Of a DNA stretch of 64,000 bases, positions 1 through 9,103 are shown piece after piece. Position 1 is the first letter of the stretch. Every line of letters begins with the position of its first letter. Made by a program: the position numbers and the translations under genes. The stretch covers positions 746,767-810,766 of the forward strand of contig CAWAGP010000010.1 in NCBI GenBank assembly GCA_963781705.1, in the 5' to 3' direction. The notes under the pieces were generated by a model, which was not told the origin of the DNA, ran no database searches, and was given only the letters and a program-made list of their open reading frames with translations. This stretch comes from an uncultured Chloroflexia bacterium (GTDB taxonomy: Bacteria; Chloroflexota; Limnocylindria; Limnocylindrales; CSP1-4).

Positions 1-77
1 TGGCCACCTACACCGGGCTATTGCAGTTACGCGCCGCGCTGGTCGAGCGCGGCGCGCTGTCGCGCATGCCGGTCTAG
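1..77 (+). CDS. murT: 3' end of lipid II isoglutaminyl synthase Mur-ligase subunit MurT (partial; starts upstream of the window)
   Basis: Frame 3 reads ...ATYTGLLQLRAALVERGALSRMPV* with TAG at 75-77, directly abutting the gatD ATG at 78. MurT and GatD are normally adjacent. Only 25 codons are visible. Confidence 0.5.
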   Translation, partial: ATYTGLLQLRAALVERGALSRMPV

Positions 78-917
78 ATGCCGCGCCGTACGACGGCCGC
101 AGTCCGGCTGGCGCACCTGTTCCCCGATCGCCTCAACCTGTATGGCGATCGCGGCAACGTCGCCACGCTCGTACGCCGCGCCGGCTGGCGCGGCATACCG
201 GTCGAGGTCAGCCAGGTCCTGCGCGCCGCGGATGGCATCCCTGACGACGCAACCGTCCTGTTCATCGGCGGCGGCGCCGACCGCGACCAGGCGGCCATCA
301 CCGACGACCTGGTCGCCATCACGCCACAGATCGAGGCGCGCGTCGCGGACGGTGCCGTTCTGCTGGCGGTGTGCGGCGGCTACCAGAACCTGGGTCGTGA
401 ATACCGTTCGGCGCATGCCGGAACGATGCCGGGCGCCGGCTTTTTCGACGCCTGGACGGAGGCGCCCGGCAGCGGCGCGCGGCTGGTCGGTGGCTGCGTC
501 GTATCGGTCGGCGACGACTCGCCGATCGCGGCCGCGGGCCGAGAGTCGGCCGAGCGGGCCGGTTTCGCCGGCCAGGAACAGACGGTCGTCGGCTTCGAGA
601 ACCACGGCGGTCGGACCTACCTGGGGGAGGGCCGGCAACCGCTGGGCGAGGTTGTCGCCGGCTTCGGCAACAACGGCGAGGATGGCGTCGAGGGTTTCAT
701 GGCGCTGCCCGGCGACGGCAACCGTCCCGGCCTGCGCATAGGCACGTACCTGCACGGCCCGCTGCTGCCGCGCAATCCCCATCTGGCCGACTACATCCTG
801 TTATGTGCGCTCGCGCCGGCCGGGATAACCCGCCTGGACGCGCTCGACGATACCGATGAATGGGCTGCGCACGCCTCGTTCGCGCAGCGCTGGCTACAGG
901 CGCGGCCGCGTCACTGA
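78..917 (+). CDS. gatD: Glutamine amidotransferase GatD (CobB/CobQ-like GATase; lipid II isoglutamine synthase subunit)
   Basis: 279-aa ORF. N-terminus LAHLFPDRLNLYGDRGNV and the CGGYQNLG nucleophile-Cys motif are typical of GatD/CobQ-type GATase domains. It follows a MurT-like C-terminus. Confidence 0.85.
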   Translation: MPRRTTAAVRLAHLFPDRLNLYGDRGNVATLVRRAGWRGIPVEVSQVLRAADGIPDDATVLFIGGGADRDQAAITDDLVAITPQIEARVADGAVLLAVCGGYQNLGREYRSAHAGTMPGAGFFDAWTEAPGSGARLVGGCVVSVGDDSPIAAAGRESAERAGFAGQEQTVVGFENHGGRTYLGEGRQPLGEVVAGFGNNGEDGVEGFMALPGDGNRPGLRIGTYLHGPLLPRNPHLADYILLCALAPAGITRLDALDDTDEWAAHASFAQRWLQARPRH

Positions 918-1579
918 CTCGGCCGGCTCGCACGGGCGATGGCGGGCAGCGTCGCCAGCGCGCCCAGCCCGATGCCGGCCAGCAGCAGCGGCCAGCCGTT
1001 CCACGGACCCAGGTCGCCGGCCAGCACGCGCGGGCCGTCGACGAGAAAGCTGATGACCACGAGTGGCGCGCCGGCCACCGCCGTCGCGAGCTGCACAGGC
1101 CGCACCACGATGCGGTAGCCGGCGCGCAGGCGGTACGCCGCGAACAGTCCGCCGCCGATCAACGCGATGCTCACCGACACCGGCGCCCACACCGGGCCGA
1201 CCCAGGTCAGCGGCACGAGGAAGAGCACGTCCCAGGTCAGCAGTGATGGGGGCCAGCCGATGATCGCGAACAGGCCGACGTAGTAGACGATGTCCCACGT
1301 CCCGAAGACGACGGCCGTCCATGCGAACTTTTCCAGGCCCGACCCACCGGCCAGCCAGCCCACCGCGGCGATCATCACCAGCGTCGCCAGTTCACGGACC
1401 GCCTCGGTGGCAAGGAGCTGGTCGAGGTCGCCGACCACACCGGTTGGGACAGCCGAAACGCCGATGCCCAGCGCCCCGCGCAGGTAGACGACGACGGCCG
1501 CCTCGAGATAACCCATGGCGACCGAGTAGGCGATCACGCCAACGGCGACCGAGCGGAAGGAGGCCTGTCGCGTCAGCAT
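911..1579 (-). CDS. Integral membrane protein, function unknown (about 6 TM segments)
   Basis: Internal ATG at 1579 (MLTRQASFRS...) precedes repeated hydrophobic segments. The part of the ORF upstream of this ATG is Pro/Ser/Arg-rich and overlaps the next gene. It converges on gatD with a 7-nt overlap. Confidence 0.6.
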   Translation of the reverse strand: MLTRQASFRSVAVGVIAYSVAMGYLEAAVVVYLRGALGIGVSAVPTGVVGDLDQLLATEAVRELATLVMIAAVGWLAGGSGLEKFAWTAVVFGTWDIVYYVGLFAIIGWPPSLLTWDVLFLVPLTWVGPVWAPVSVSIALIGGGLFAAYRLRAGYRIVVRPVQLATAVAGAPLVVISFLVDGPRVLAGDLGPWNGWPLLLAGIGLGALATLPAIARASRPSQ

Positions 1580-1640
1580 GGACGCGCCAATTGTCGCTGC
1601 CGCACGCTGCGCGCGGCGCAGAACTGGCCGGTGGTCGACG

Positions 1641-1898
1641 CTAGGTTGGCTCGTCGACGTCGATGGCGACCACGCGGCACGCCCAGGGATCGTCGTCGAC
1701 CGGGGTGAATAGGAGTCGAGCACCCTCGGCTGGGGTGCCGCGGGAGAGTTCGGGCCAGTAGAAGTTGACCGATTCGGGCGCCACGTCCGATTCATCGCCC
1801 AGCTCCAGGTGGACGGCCGAGACGCGCCGCGCGCCGGCGGCCGTGGCGCGCTCGATGACCACCTCGAGGAGCTGCCGCGTCACGCCCGCTTCGTGCAT
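1641..1898 (-). CDS. hypA: HypA-like hydrogenase nickel-insertion protein lacking the zinc-ribbon domain (85 aa)
   Basis: Starts MHEAGVTRQLLEVVIERA..., matching the HypA MHE nickel-binding N-terminus and first helix. Ends ...ARLLFTPVDDDPWACRVVAIDVDEPT, with only one Cys and no CxxC...CxxC. Its ATG overlaps the protease stop (TGATG). Confidence 0.7.
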   Translation of the reverse strand: MHEAGVTRQLLEVVIERATAAGARRVSAVHLELGDESDVAPESVNFYWPELSRGTPAEGARLLFTPVDDDPWACRVVAIDVDEPT

Positions 1899-2440
1899 CA
1901 GTACTCGCGGTGAGGCCGTCGAGAGAGCACGCGGACGATCTGCTCGACGGCCGGCCCCACGGCCGCCTCGACCGGCGGCGACATCGCCTCGCCGAATTCG
2001 TCGACCTTTGACACGCTGATGCCGACCACGGTCAGTTGTCCGGGCAGCTCGGCGCCGAGCCCGCGCCCGGCCGCGATGGCAGCCGCGAGCGTGGCGTCGT
2101 GGGCAGAATCGAGGTGACCGGCCAGCCGGCTGTCGACACTGGCGAATGGCCTTGCCCAAACGGTGCCCGGGGCCTGGCCGTCGAGACTCGCGTCGGCGAG
2201 CACGGCGCGCTGGTAGCCGATCAGTCGTTCCATCAGCCGTAGGCCGCCGACCGACAGCTCGTCGATTTCCACCGGTCCGACCGCGCTCCGAATCTCTGCG
2301 TCGTTTGCCAGGAGGTGCTCGAGTTCGTGAGCAACGCGCCAGCCGACACCATCGTCACCCATGATCGGGTTGCCCAGGCCGATGACGAGCGTGCGCGGCG
2401 CCACGGCCGACGGTCCGCTAGACGCCTCGGCGTACAACAT
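1898..2440 (-). CDS. Hydrogenase maturation endopeptidase (HycI/HoxW/FrhD family)
   Basis: LVIGLGNPIMGDDGVGWRVAHEL and the later GHLDSAHD motif match the [NiFe]-hydrogenase C-terminal protease family. ATG at 2440 was chosen. It lies directly downstream of the large subunit. Confidence 0.85.
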   Translation of the reverse strand: MLYAEASSGPSAVAPRTLVIGLGNPIMGDDGVGWRVAHELEHLLANDAEIRSAVGPVEIDELSVGGLRLMERLIGYQRAVLADASLDGQAPGTVWARPFASVDSRLAGHLDSAHDATLAAAIAAGRGLGAELPGQLTVVGISVSKVDEFGEAMSPPVEAAVGPAVEQIVRVLSRRPHREY

Positions 2441-3900
2441 CGATCGTCTCGCCCGCTCTGTTGCGCAGGGTGACCTCGAGCGGCATCTGTCCCGGCAGGC
2501 TGTGCGTCGCGCAGCCGAAAGCACGGGTCATAGGCGCGGAAGGCCATCTCGATCCGGTCGAGCAGGCCGTGGTCGACGACCACGCCGTGGTGGATCAGGC
2601 CACGTGCCGCGCGGTCGATCGACATCGCGATCGGGGCGTGGTTGTTGGTCGTGCCGACGATCAGGTTGACGCGCGTGATCAGTCCGTTCTCGTCGGTCCA
2701 ATAGTGGTGGGTCAGCGAGCCGCGCGGCGCCTCGACCGTGCCCACGCCTTCTCCCGGCGCCTGTGTCGGCAGTGCCCGGACGTCGGTGGAGGTGATGTCT
2801 GGGTCGGCCAACAACTCTTGCATGCGCTCGGCCGCATAGAGCATCTCGATCAGGCGCGCCCAATGCGTTGCGCCGCGCTGGTGGACCGGCTGACGGTGGC
2901 CGTTGATCGCCGGCGCAAGGGTGGCGAAGAAGCGTTCGTACTCCGCCTGGGCGCGCGGCGTCGCCATACCGGTGGCCGCGTTGAGCCGGCCCAGCGGACC
3001 GACGCAGTAGACGCCCGAGTCGCGCCCGTCGACGAAGCCCTTCCAGCCGACCTTGCGCAGGTATGGGAACTTGAGGAATGTCCACGGCTCGACGTGCTCA
3101 GCGATCCATTCCTGGTAATCGGCCGGCGCATAGGTGCCGAACTCACTGCCATCGGGCGCGACCACGCGCATGCGACCGTCGTAGAACGCGACGCGGCCGC
3201 CCTCGTCGACTAACCCGGCGTAGTAGGTCTCGTGGCGGAACAGGTCACCCAGCAGGAGGTCGTGCATCTCGCTGTTGCTGATCAGCTTGCCGAACAGGTC
3301 GAGGCTGAAACCTGCGAAATCGACCATCGCCGCAGCGATCTCGGAGATCTCGTCACGCTCGGCGACGGTGATGCCCTTGGTCAGCCCACCGGGCACCGAC
3401 GTGCACGGGTGGATGCGCCGGCCGCCGATCAGCTCGACCACCCGGTGGCCGCCGCGGCGCGTCTCGATCACCCGGCCGCCGACTTCCAGCCCGACCTTGC
3501 GAATTACGCCCAACAGATTGCGCTCGGCCGGCGGAGTGTCGGGACCCAGGATCACGTCGGGTCCGCCCAGCACGTAGAAGTGGGTCGCGTGGTCGGTCAC
3601 GTAGAAGGCGCTGAACATCAGTTCGCGCAGCAGCCGCGCCGGCCGCGGCGGCTCGATGCCGTAGACGGCGTCGGCCGCCTTGGCCGCGGCCAGGTGGTGC
3701 GCCTCCGGGCACACGCCGCAGATGCGGTTGGTTAGGACCGGCATCTCCTCGACCGGCCGGCCGATGCAGAACGACTCGAACCCGCGCAGCTCGGGCACCT
3801 GGAAGTAGGTGCGCTCGACGTCGCCCTGATCGTCAAGGAAGATCTCGATCTTGCCGTGTCCCTCGAGGCGCGTGATGGGGTCGATCGTCAGGCGCGTCAT
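2418..3900 (-). CDS. mvhA: [NiFe]-hydrogenase large subunit, group 3c MvhA-like; interrupted as assembled by a 1-nt frameshift at 2518-2520 within the C-terminal DPCxxCxxH motif
   Basis: N-terminal MTRLTIDPITRLEGHGK and RICGVCPEAHH (the N-terminal Ni-binding CxxC). The frame reads ...AFRAYDPCF, then runs out of frame to a stop at 2233. Removing one T of the TTT run (plus-strand AAA 2518-2520) gives DPCFGCATHSLPGQMPLEVTLRNRAGETIDVVRRGV*, with the stop at 2418-2420. Confidence 0.85.
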
Positions 3901-4913
3901 GACGTGCGGCTCTCGGTCGTCGCGGCCACTCGCGCGGATCTCGCGCCGCGCAGCAGCGAGCCGGCCAGGCTGAATCGATAGAACTGACCGACCGGATCGG
4001 GCAGGCCGTCGAGGATGCGATCGATGTCGTCGGGCTCGCTGGCGTCGATCGGCGAAGCGAAGGCCGAGAGGAGGCGGGCGCCGAAGTCCGTTACGCCGTC
4101 GGCCGGGCCGTAGCAGCCAATGCACGGCGCGCCGGCGAGCGGGCACTTCGCGCCGCAGCCATCGCGGGTGGCTGGGCCGTTGCACGGGAGGCCCTGCTCG
4201 AGCAGGCATGCGTCCGCGTCGATCGAGGCCAATTGCTGGACGCGGCTGAACTGCTCGAGTCGCTTGGTCGAACGGTCGCGCCGACATTCGTCGCACACGG
4301 TCGAGTGGCCCGCTCCCAGCACGGCGCCATGCGGCGGCAGCGGAGCCGCACCATCAAGGGCGGCACCCAGCAGGCCCAGCACGTCGGCGATTCGTTCCGT
4401 CTCCGGCGGACAGCCGGGTACGCGATAGTCGACCTCGACGACCTGATCGAGGGTCTGCAGCAGCGGCTCCAGCGTGGGCAGCTCGAGTTCGCCGCTGGGC
4501 GCGTCGAACCGGCTCGTCGGGCGGACGTGATCGGGGTTGTCGGTGCTCGGCGTTTCGAAGACGACATCGAGCATGGACTCGGTGGGAGCGAGGTTGGCCA
4601 GTCCCGGAATGCAGCCTTCGTTGGCGCACGAGCCGAACGCGACGAGGATGGCCGACTTCTGGCGCAGCAGGCGGGCCAGATGCGCGTTCTCGCTGGTGCG
4701 GATGCCGCCCGAGAACAGGGTCACGTCGATCGAGGCGTCCGGCATGGCCTCCAGATCAGCGTACTTGGTGTCCATGACCGCCGGCCAGAAAACCGGTTCG
4801 AAGTGCTCAACAAAGTCGAGGATCGCCTCGTGGAGGTTGAGCACAGCCACGTCGCAGCCGCCGCAAGCGGACGCCCAGTACATCGCGAAACGGTGGCGAC
4901 GCTGCTCGCTCAC
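3897..4913 (-). CDS. mvhG: [NiFe]-hydrogenase small subunit, group 3c MvhG-like
   Basis: AMYWASACGGCDVAVL, FGSCANEGCIPG and the distal cluster Cys motifs (GCPPE; CNGPATRDGCGAKCP; PCIGCYGP) match small subunits. Has GTGA and ATGA overlaps with its neighbours. Confidence 0.9.
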   Translation of the reverse strand: MSEQRRHRFAMYWASACGGCDVAVLNLHEAILDFVEHFEPVFWPAVMDTKYADLEAMPDASIDVTLFSGGIRTSENAHLARLLRQKSAILVAFGSCANEGCIPGLANLAPTESMLDVVFETPSTDNPDHVRPTSRFDAPSGELELPTLEPLLQTLDQVVEVDYRVPGCPPETERIADVLGLLGAALDGAAPLPPHGAVLGAGHSTVCDECRRDRSTKRLEQFSRVQQLASIDADACLLEQGLPCNGPATRDGCGAKCPLAGAPCIGCYGPADGVTDFGARLLSAFASPIDASEPDDIDRILDGLPDPVGQFYRFSLAGSLLRGARSARVAATTESRTS

Positions 4914-5440
4914 GCGGGCACCTCCTCGAGCGCCGCCACCTGCCCGGGCAGATCCGCTGCGGCCGGCTCGGCAGCGGCCTCGCCGGCCTCGGTCAGTTTC
5001 GCCAGGCCGGCGCGCCGGTCCCAGTCGAGCGGTCCGAGGGCGCGCACCTCATCCACGATGCGCGTGAACGCGTCGGCCAGTTGCTGACCCTCGGCGGCGC
5101 TGGCGTAGACGCGTTGGAAGCGCTCTGGCTCGAGACCCAGGCCGGTGAGCACGCGCCGCATGAGCTGGAAGCGCCGCAGTGCCTTCACGTTCTGGATCCG
5201 ATAGTGGCAGTCGGCAGGCCAGCAGCCGGTCATCACCACGCCGTCCGCGCCGCTGGCGATGGCCTTCAGCACGAAGAGCGGATCGAGCCTGCCCGAGCAC
5301 ATCAGCCGGATCAGCCGAACGTTCGGCGGGTACTTGATGCGGGCCGTACCGGCCAGGTCGGCCGCACGGTAGCTGCACCAGTTACAGGTGAAGGCGATGA
5401 TCACCGGTTCATAGGCGACGACCGCCGACGATTCGCTCAC
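4910..5440 (-). CDS. mvhD: Methyl-viologen-reducing hydrogenase delta subunit MvhD-like protein
   Basis: IIAFTCNWCSYRAADLAG...IRLMCSGRLDP...GADGVVMTGCWPADCHY is the MvhD/FlpD signature. A GTG start at 5440 overlaps the hdrA stop (GTGA). Confidence 0.88.
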   Translation of the reverse strand: MSESSAVVAYEPVIIAFTCNWCSYRAADLAGTARIKYPPNVRLIRLMCSGRLDPLFVLKAIASGADGVVMTGCWPADCHYRIQNVKALRRFQLMRRVLTGLGLEPERFQRVYASAAEGQQLADAFTRIVDEVRALGPLDWDRRAGLAKLTEAGEAAAEPAAADLPGQVAALEEVPA

Positions 5441-7455
5441 GCGGCCACCGGCGATCGGTCCGATAGCAGACCAGCGATCTGGCCGAGGATCATGTCGTTG
5501 GTGAAGCCGGTGGCACTGATCGCGTTCGCCGGGCAGGCCGCGGCACAAACGCCGCAGCCCTGGCAGAGCGCCGCATTCACCTCGGTGACCGATCGGTCCT
5601 CGTCGAAGGTGATGGCACTGAACGGGCACAGGTCGTTACAGATGCGGCAGCCGGAGCACTTGTCTGCGTCCACCACCGCCGCGAGCGGCTCGAGGGCCAT
5701 CTCGCGCTGCTGGATGCGGCCCAGGATGCGCGCGGCCGCGGCCGCACCGCTCGACACGCTCGCCGGAATGTCGCGCGGACCGAGCGCGCAGCCCGCCGCA
5801 AAGACGCCGTCGGTCATCGTCGCGACGGGGTCGAGCTTGGGGTGGCGCTCGATGATCCAACCGTCGGAGCTGCAGGTGATGCCAAACCGGCGGGCGACCT
5901 CGTGCGCATCCGGCTGCGGCTGCAGGCCGACCGAGAGCACGACCATGTCGACCGGGATGCGTCGCTGACGGCCGGCCAGCGTGTCTTCCGCCTGGACGAT
6001 CAGGCGGCCATCCTGGGCCGCCTCGTCCGGCCAGCGCAACACGTCGGTGACCTCGGCCACGCGACCGCGGATGAACTGGGTGCCCTCTGCCTGGACGCGC
6101 TGGTAGAACTCGTCGAACGCCTTCCCCGGCGCGCGGATGTCGATGTAGAACTCGTACACCGTCGCGTCAGTGTGCTCGCGCACCAGGTGGGCGAACTTCA
6201 TGCTCTGCATGCAGCAGATCGCCGAGCAGTAGTTGTTGTAGTTCTGGTCGCGGCTGCCGACGCAGTGGACGATGGCCACCGCGCTTGGCTCGGTCACGCC
6301 GTCGCGCAGCACGATCCTGCCGCCGGTCGGTCCGCTGGCATTACTCATCCGCTCGAACTCGAGGCTGGTGAAGACGTTTGCCAGGCGGCCGTAGCCGTAC
6401 TGCTCGATGCGCCGCGCGTCGAATGTCTCGAAGCCCGTGGCGAGGACGATGTTGCCCACATTCAAGGTGATCTCTTCGGGCTGCTGGTCCAGCCTGATCG
6501 CCTGGGGCGGGCAAAGCTTTTCGCACGCCTTGCACTTGCCGTTCTCGAAGTAGATGCACGCCTGCGGATCAAGTACCGGGTACTTGGGCACGGCCTGCGG
6601 GAACGGCCGATAGATTGCCTTGCGATAGCCGATGCCGGCCTGGTAGGCGTTGTCGACGACGACCGCCGGGCACTTCTCCTCGCAGATGCCGCAGCCGGTG
6701 CACGTGTCCGTGTCGACGTAGCGCGGCCGGTGGAGCACCTTGACCTCGAAGTTGCCGACGTAGCCCGAAACCTCGGTGACCTCGCTCCAGGTGTGCAGGG
6801 TGATGTTCGGGTGAGCGCCGGCGGTGACCATGCGCGGCGTCAGGATGCACGCGGCGCAGTCGAGCGTCGGGAAGGTCTTGTCGAACTGCGCCATGTGGCC
6901 GCCGATCGACGGCTCGCGCTCGACCAGGTGCACCGGGAAGCCGGCGTCAGCGATCTCCAGCGCAGCGGAGATGCCGGCGATACCGCCGCCGACGACGAGT
7001 GTGGCGTCGTTGATCGGCACCCTGAGTGGCTCCAGCGGGACCTGCTCACGCACCCGCAGCACGCCGCCGGCGACGATCGCCTTGGCCTTGGCCGTGGCCG
7101 CGACCTTGTCGGTGTGGACCCACGAGTCCTGCTCGCGGATGGACACCAGGTCACACAGGTACGGGTTGAGGCCGGCCTGCTCGCACGCCCCGCGGAACGT
7201 CTTCTCGTGCATGTGCGGCGAGCAGGCCGCCACGACGACGCGCTCCAGGCCCAGCTCGTGGATGTCGTTCTCGATCAGTTCCTGGCCGAGGCTCGAGCAC
7301 ATGAACGGGTAGTCGCGGGCTACCACGACGCCCTGACCGGCGAGATGTTCGGCGGCCCAGTCACGCACCTCTGCGACGTCGACCGTGCCGGCGATGTTCG
7401 TGCCGCAGTGGCACACATAGACCCCGGTGCGCGGGTTGTCTGCCGCCGCGGTCAT
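5437..7455 (-). CDS. hdrA: Heterodisulfide reductase subunit A-like FAD/FeS protein
   Basis: 672 aa. Contains VYVCHCGTNIAG, the GGGIAGISAAL FAD fold, an inserted ferredoxin domain (CTGCGICEEKCP, CKACEKLCP) and a C-terminal 2x[4Fe-4S] domain (CSGCRICNDLCP, CQGCGVCAAACP). Confidence 0.93.
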   Translation of the reverse strand: MTAAADNPRTGVYVCHCGTNIAGTVDVAEVRDWAAEHLAGQGVVVARDYPFMCSSLGQELIENDIHELGLERVVVAACSPHMHEKTFRGACEQAGLNPYLCDLVSIREQDSWVHTDKVAATAKAKAIVAGGVLRVREQVPLEPLRVPINDATLVVGGGIAGISAALEIADAGFPVHLVEREPSIGGHMAQFDKTFPTLDCAACILTPRMVTAGAHPNITLHTWSEVTEVSGYVGNFEVKVLHRPRYVDTDTCTGCGICEEKCPAVVVDNAYQAGIGYRKAIYRPFPQAVPKYPVLDPQACIYFENGKCKACEKLCPPQAIRLDQQPEEITLNVGNIVLATGFETFDARRIEQYGYGRLANVFTSLEFERMSNASGPTGGRIVLRDGVTEPSAVAIVHCVGSRDQNYNNYCSAICCMQSMKFAHLVREHTDATVYEFYIDIRAPGKAFDEFYQRVQAEGTQFIRGRVAEVTDVLRWPDEAAQDGRLIVQAEDTLAGRQRRIPVDMVVLSVGLQPQPDAHEVARRFGITCSSDGWIIERHPKLDPVATMTDGVFAAGCALGPRDIPASVSSGAAAAARILGRIQQREMALEPLAAVVDADKCSGCRICNDLCPFSAITFDEDRSVTEVNAALCQGCGVCAAACPANAISATGFTNDMILGQIAGLLSDRSPVAA

Positions 7456-9098
7456 CGCTTGACCTCGAGCGCCTGCGGCATGGGCAGCCCCTTTGGCCGC
7501 TTCTGCCGGTGCGTGTCATGGCCGCCGCCCGGCGCGGTCGTTCCGGTCGTCTCCGGCGCCACGTCCAGGCCGATGTGCCGCAGGGCGGCGCCGGCCGACA
7601 CGATCTCGTTGCCGACGCCGACGTCCGCCGGCGGCAGGCCAAAGGCGAGGCCCATCAGCTGGGTGAAGAAGAGGATCGGTACGTGGTAATTCGTCCCGAA
7701 GTGGCGATCCATCTCGCCCTGGTAGGCGTCGACGTTCATCTGGCACATCGGGCACACCGTCGCCAGCAGGTCGGCGCTCTGTCGCTCAGCGCCGTCGACG
7801 ATGCGCCGGATCAGCTCCCACGCAGTGGTCGGGCTGATCTGCGTCATGTGCCCGCCGCAGCACGCCGTGCGCTGCGTGAAGTCGACCACCTCAGCGCCCA
7901 ATGCGGCGAGCAACTGGTCGAGCATGTGCGGCTGCTCGCGCGCCGCCCAGCGGCGGTCGTAATCGGGGCGCGAGACGAGGCAGCCAAGGTAGGGCGCGAC
8001 CCGCAGGCCGTTCAGCGGGCGCGTGACATGGGCGGCAATCTCGTCCAGGCCGACATCCTCGATGAGCACCTCGAGCAGGTGGCGCACCCGGACCGCGCCC
8101 GGCGTGTAGTGCAGCCCGTCGGCCGCAAGGACCGAGTTGAGGCGGTCACGGAAGGCGGGATCGGTACGCGTGTAGCGGTCGGTCTTGGTCAGGTTGACGT
8201 AGCAGGCGCTGCACGGCGCGACGAGCGTCTGCGCGCCATCACGCTGCTGCTCCGCGAGCGCCAGGTTGCGGCCGATCAGCGCATGGCCGCGCAGCGGGCT
8301 GAGCGTCAGGTACTCCGTGGCGCCGCAGCAGTTCCAGTCGTCGATCTCGCGCAGCTGAATGCCGAGCGGCTCGACGATCGCCGCGAGCGACTCAGCGTAG
8401 GCGCGCGCGCTGCCCTCGAGCGAGCAGCCCGGGTAGTAGAGGTACTCGGTCACGCCACTGCGTCCGGATGGGGCGTCGCCAGCCTCGATCTCGCCTGCTC
8501 GGGCGAGGATCGCGCGGACTCCGGCCACGCCGCGGATGCGCTGTGGCATGAAGCCCATGCGGCCCTTGGCCAGCATGGCCATGCCCATCGGCACCAGCCC
8601 GGGCAGGCGCAGCGGATGGTGACGCAGGTAGTGCCGCGCAACCAGGCCCATCTCATAGCTGCGGCCGTAGCGGGCGATGTTGGCCACGAAGGTGTGCGAG
8701 AAGTCGGCGCCGGTCCGCTCCGGTGCTACTCCCTCTCGCTCGGCAATCGACTTGATCGCGTACATCACGTCGGGAATGTGGATCTCCTGCGGGCAGCGGA
8801 TCGCGCAGAAGTAGCACGACAGGCACATCCACGGCGTGTTGCTGCGCAGCACGTCGTCGCGCAGGCCGGCCAGCACCATCGCGAACAACGCGCGCGGAGT
8901 GTGGTCCATGTCCGCGGCCGACGGACACGATCCGCCGCACGTGCCGCATTGGATGCAGCGCTCGAGTCCGGTCTCGACTGCCGCGGCGGCTCTCACTTCG
9001 TCGAGGAAGCGCGGGGCCGGCAGCCCGGGTCGCGTTCCAGGTGCGCCGGTATTCACTGGTGCGCCGGCATTCCCTGCCACTGCGTCCACGGTCGGCAC
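7452..9098 (-). CDS. hdrCB: Fused heterodisulfide reductase HdrC-HdrB-like protein (2x[4Fe-4S] ferredoxin domain plus two CCG domains)
   Basis: CIQCGTCGGSCP and CLSCYFCAIRCP (HdrC-like) are followed in the same uninterrupted frame by YYPGCS...DWNCCGA and TACCGGH (HdrB CCG domains). The start is uncertain: GTG 9098 or 9089, just after the ACT gene stop. An ATGA overlap joins it to hdrA. Confidence 0.85.
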   Translation of the reverse strand: MPTVDAVAGNAGAPVNTGAPGTRPGLPAPRFLDEVRAAAAVETGLERCIQCGTCGGSCPSAADMDHTPRALFAMVLAGLRDDVLRSNTPWMCLSCYFCAIRCPQEIHIPDVMYAIKSIAEREGVAPERTGADFSHTFVANIARYGRSYEMGLVARHYLRHHPLRLPGLVPMGMAMLAKGRMGFMPQRIRGVAGVRAILARAGEIEAGDAPSGRSGVTEYLYYPGCSLEGSARAYAESLAAIVEPLGIQLREIDDWNCCGATEYLTLSPLRGHALIGRNLALAEQQRDGAQTLVAPCSACYVNLTKTDRYTRTDPAFRDRLNSVLAADGLHYTPGAVRVRHLLEVLIEDVGLDEIAAHVTRPLNGLRVAPYLGCLVSRPDYDRRWAAREQPHMLDQLLAALGAEVVDFTQRTACCGGHMTQISPTTAWELIRRIVDGAERQSADLLATVCPMCQMNVDAYQGEMDRHFGTNYHVPILFFTQLMGLAFGLPPADVGVGNEIVSAGAALRHIGLDVAPETTGTTAPGGGHDTHRQKRPKGLPMPQALEVKR

Positions 9099-9103
9099 CT
9101 GGC

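Noticed and set aside
2233-2417. C-terminal 60-odd residues of the 687-aa hydrogenase ORF as listed
   Set aside because: This is out-of-frame read-through after the frameshift at 2518-2520, overlapping the endopeptidase gene. The biologically sensible end is the TAG at 2418-2420 in the shifted frame.
5842-7689. 615-aa ORF on the plus strand
   Set aside because: Antisense to hdrA. Same compositional artefact, with no motifs.
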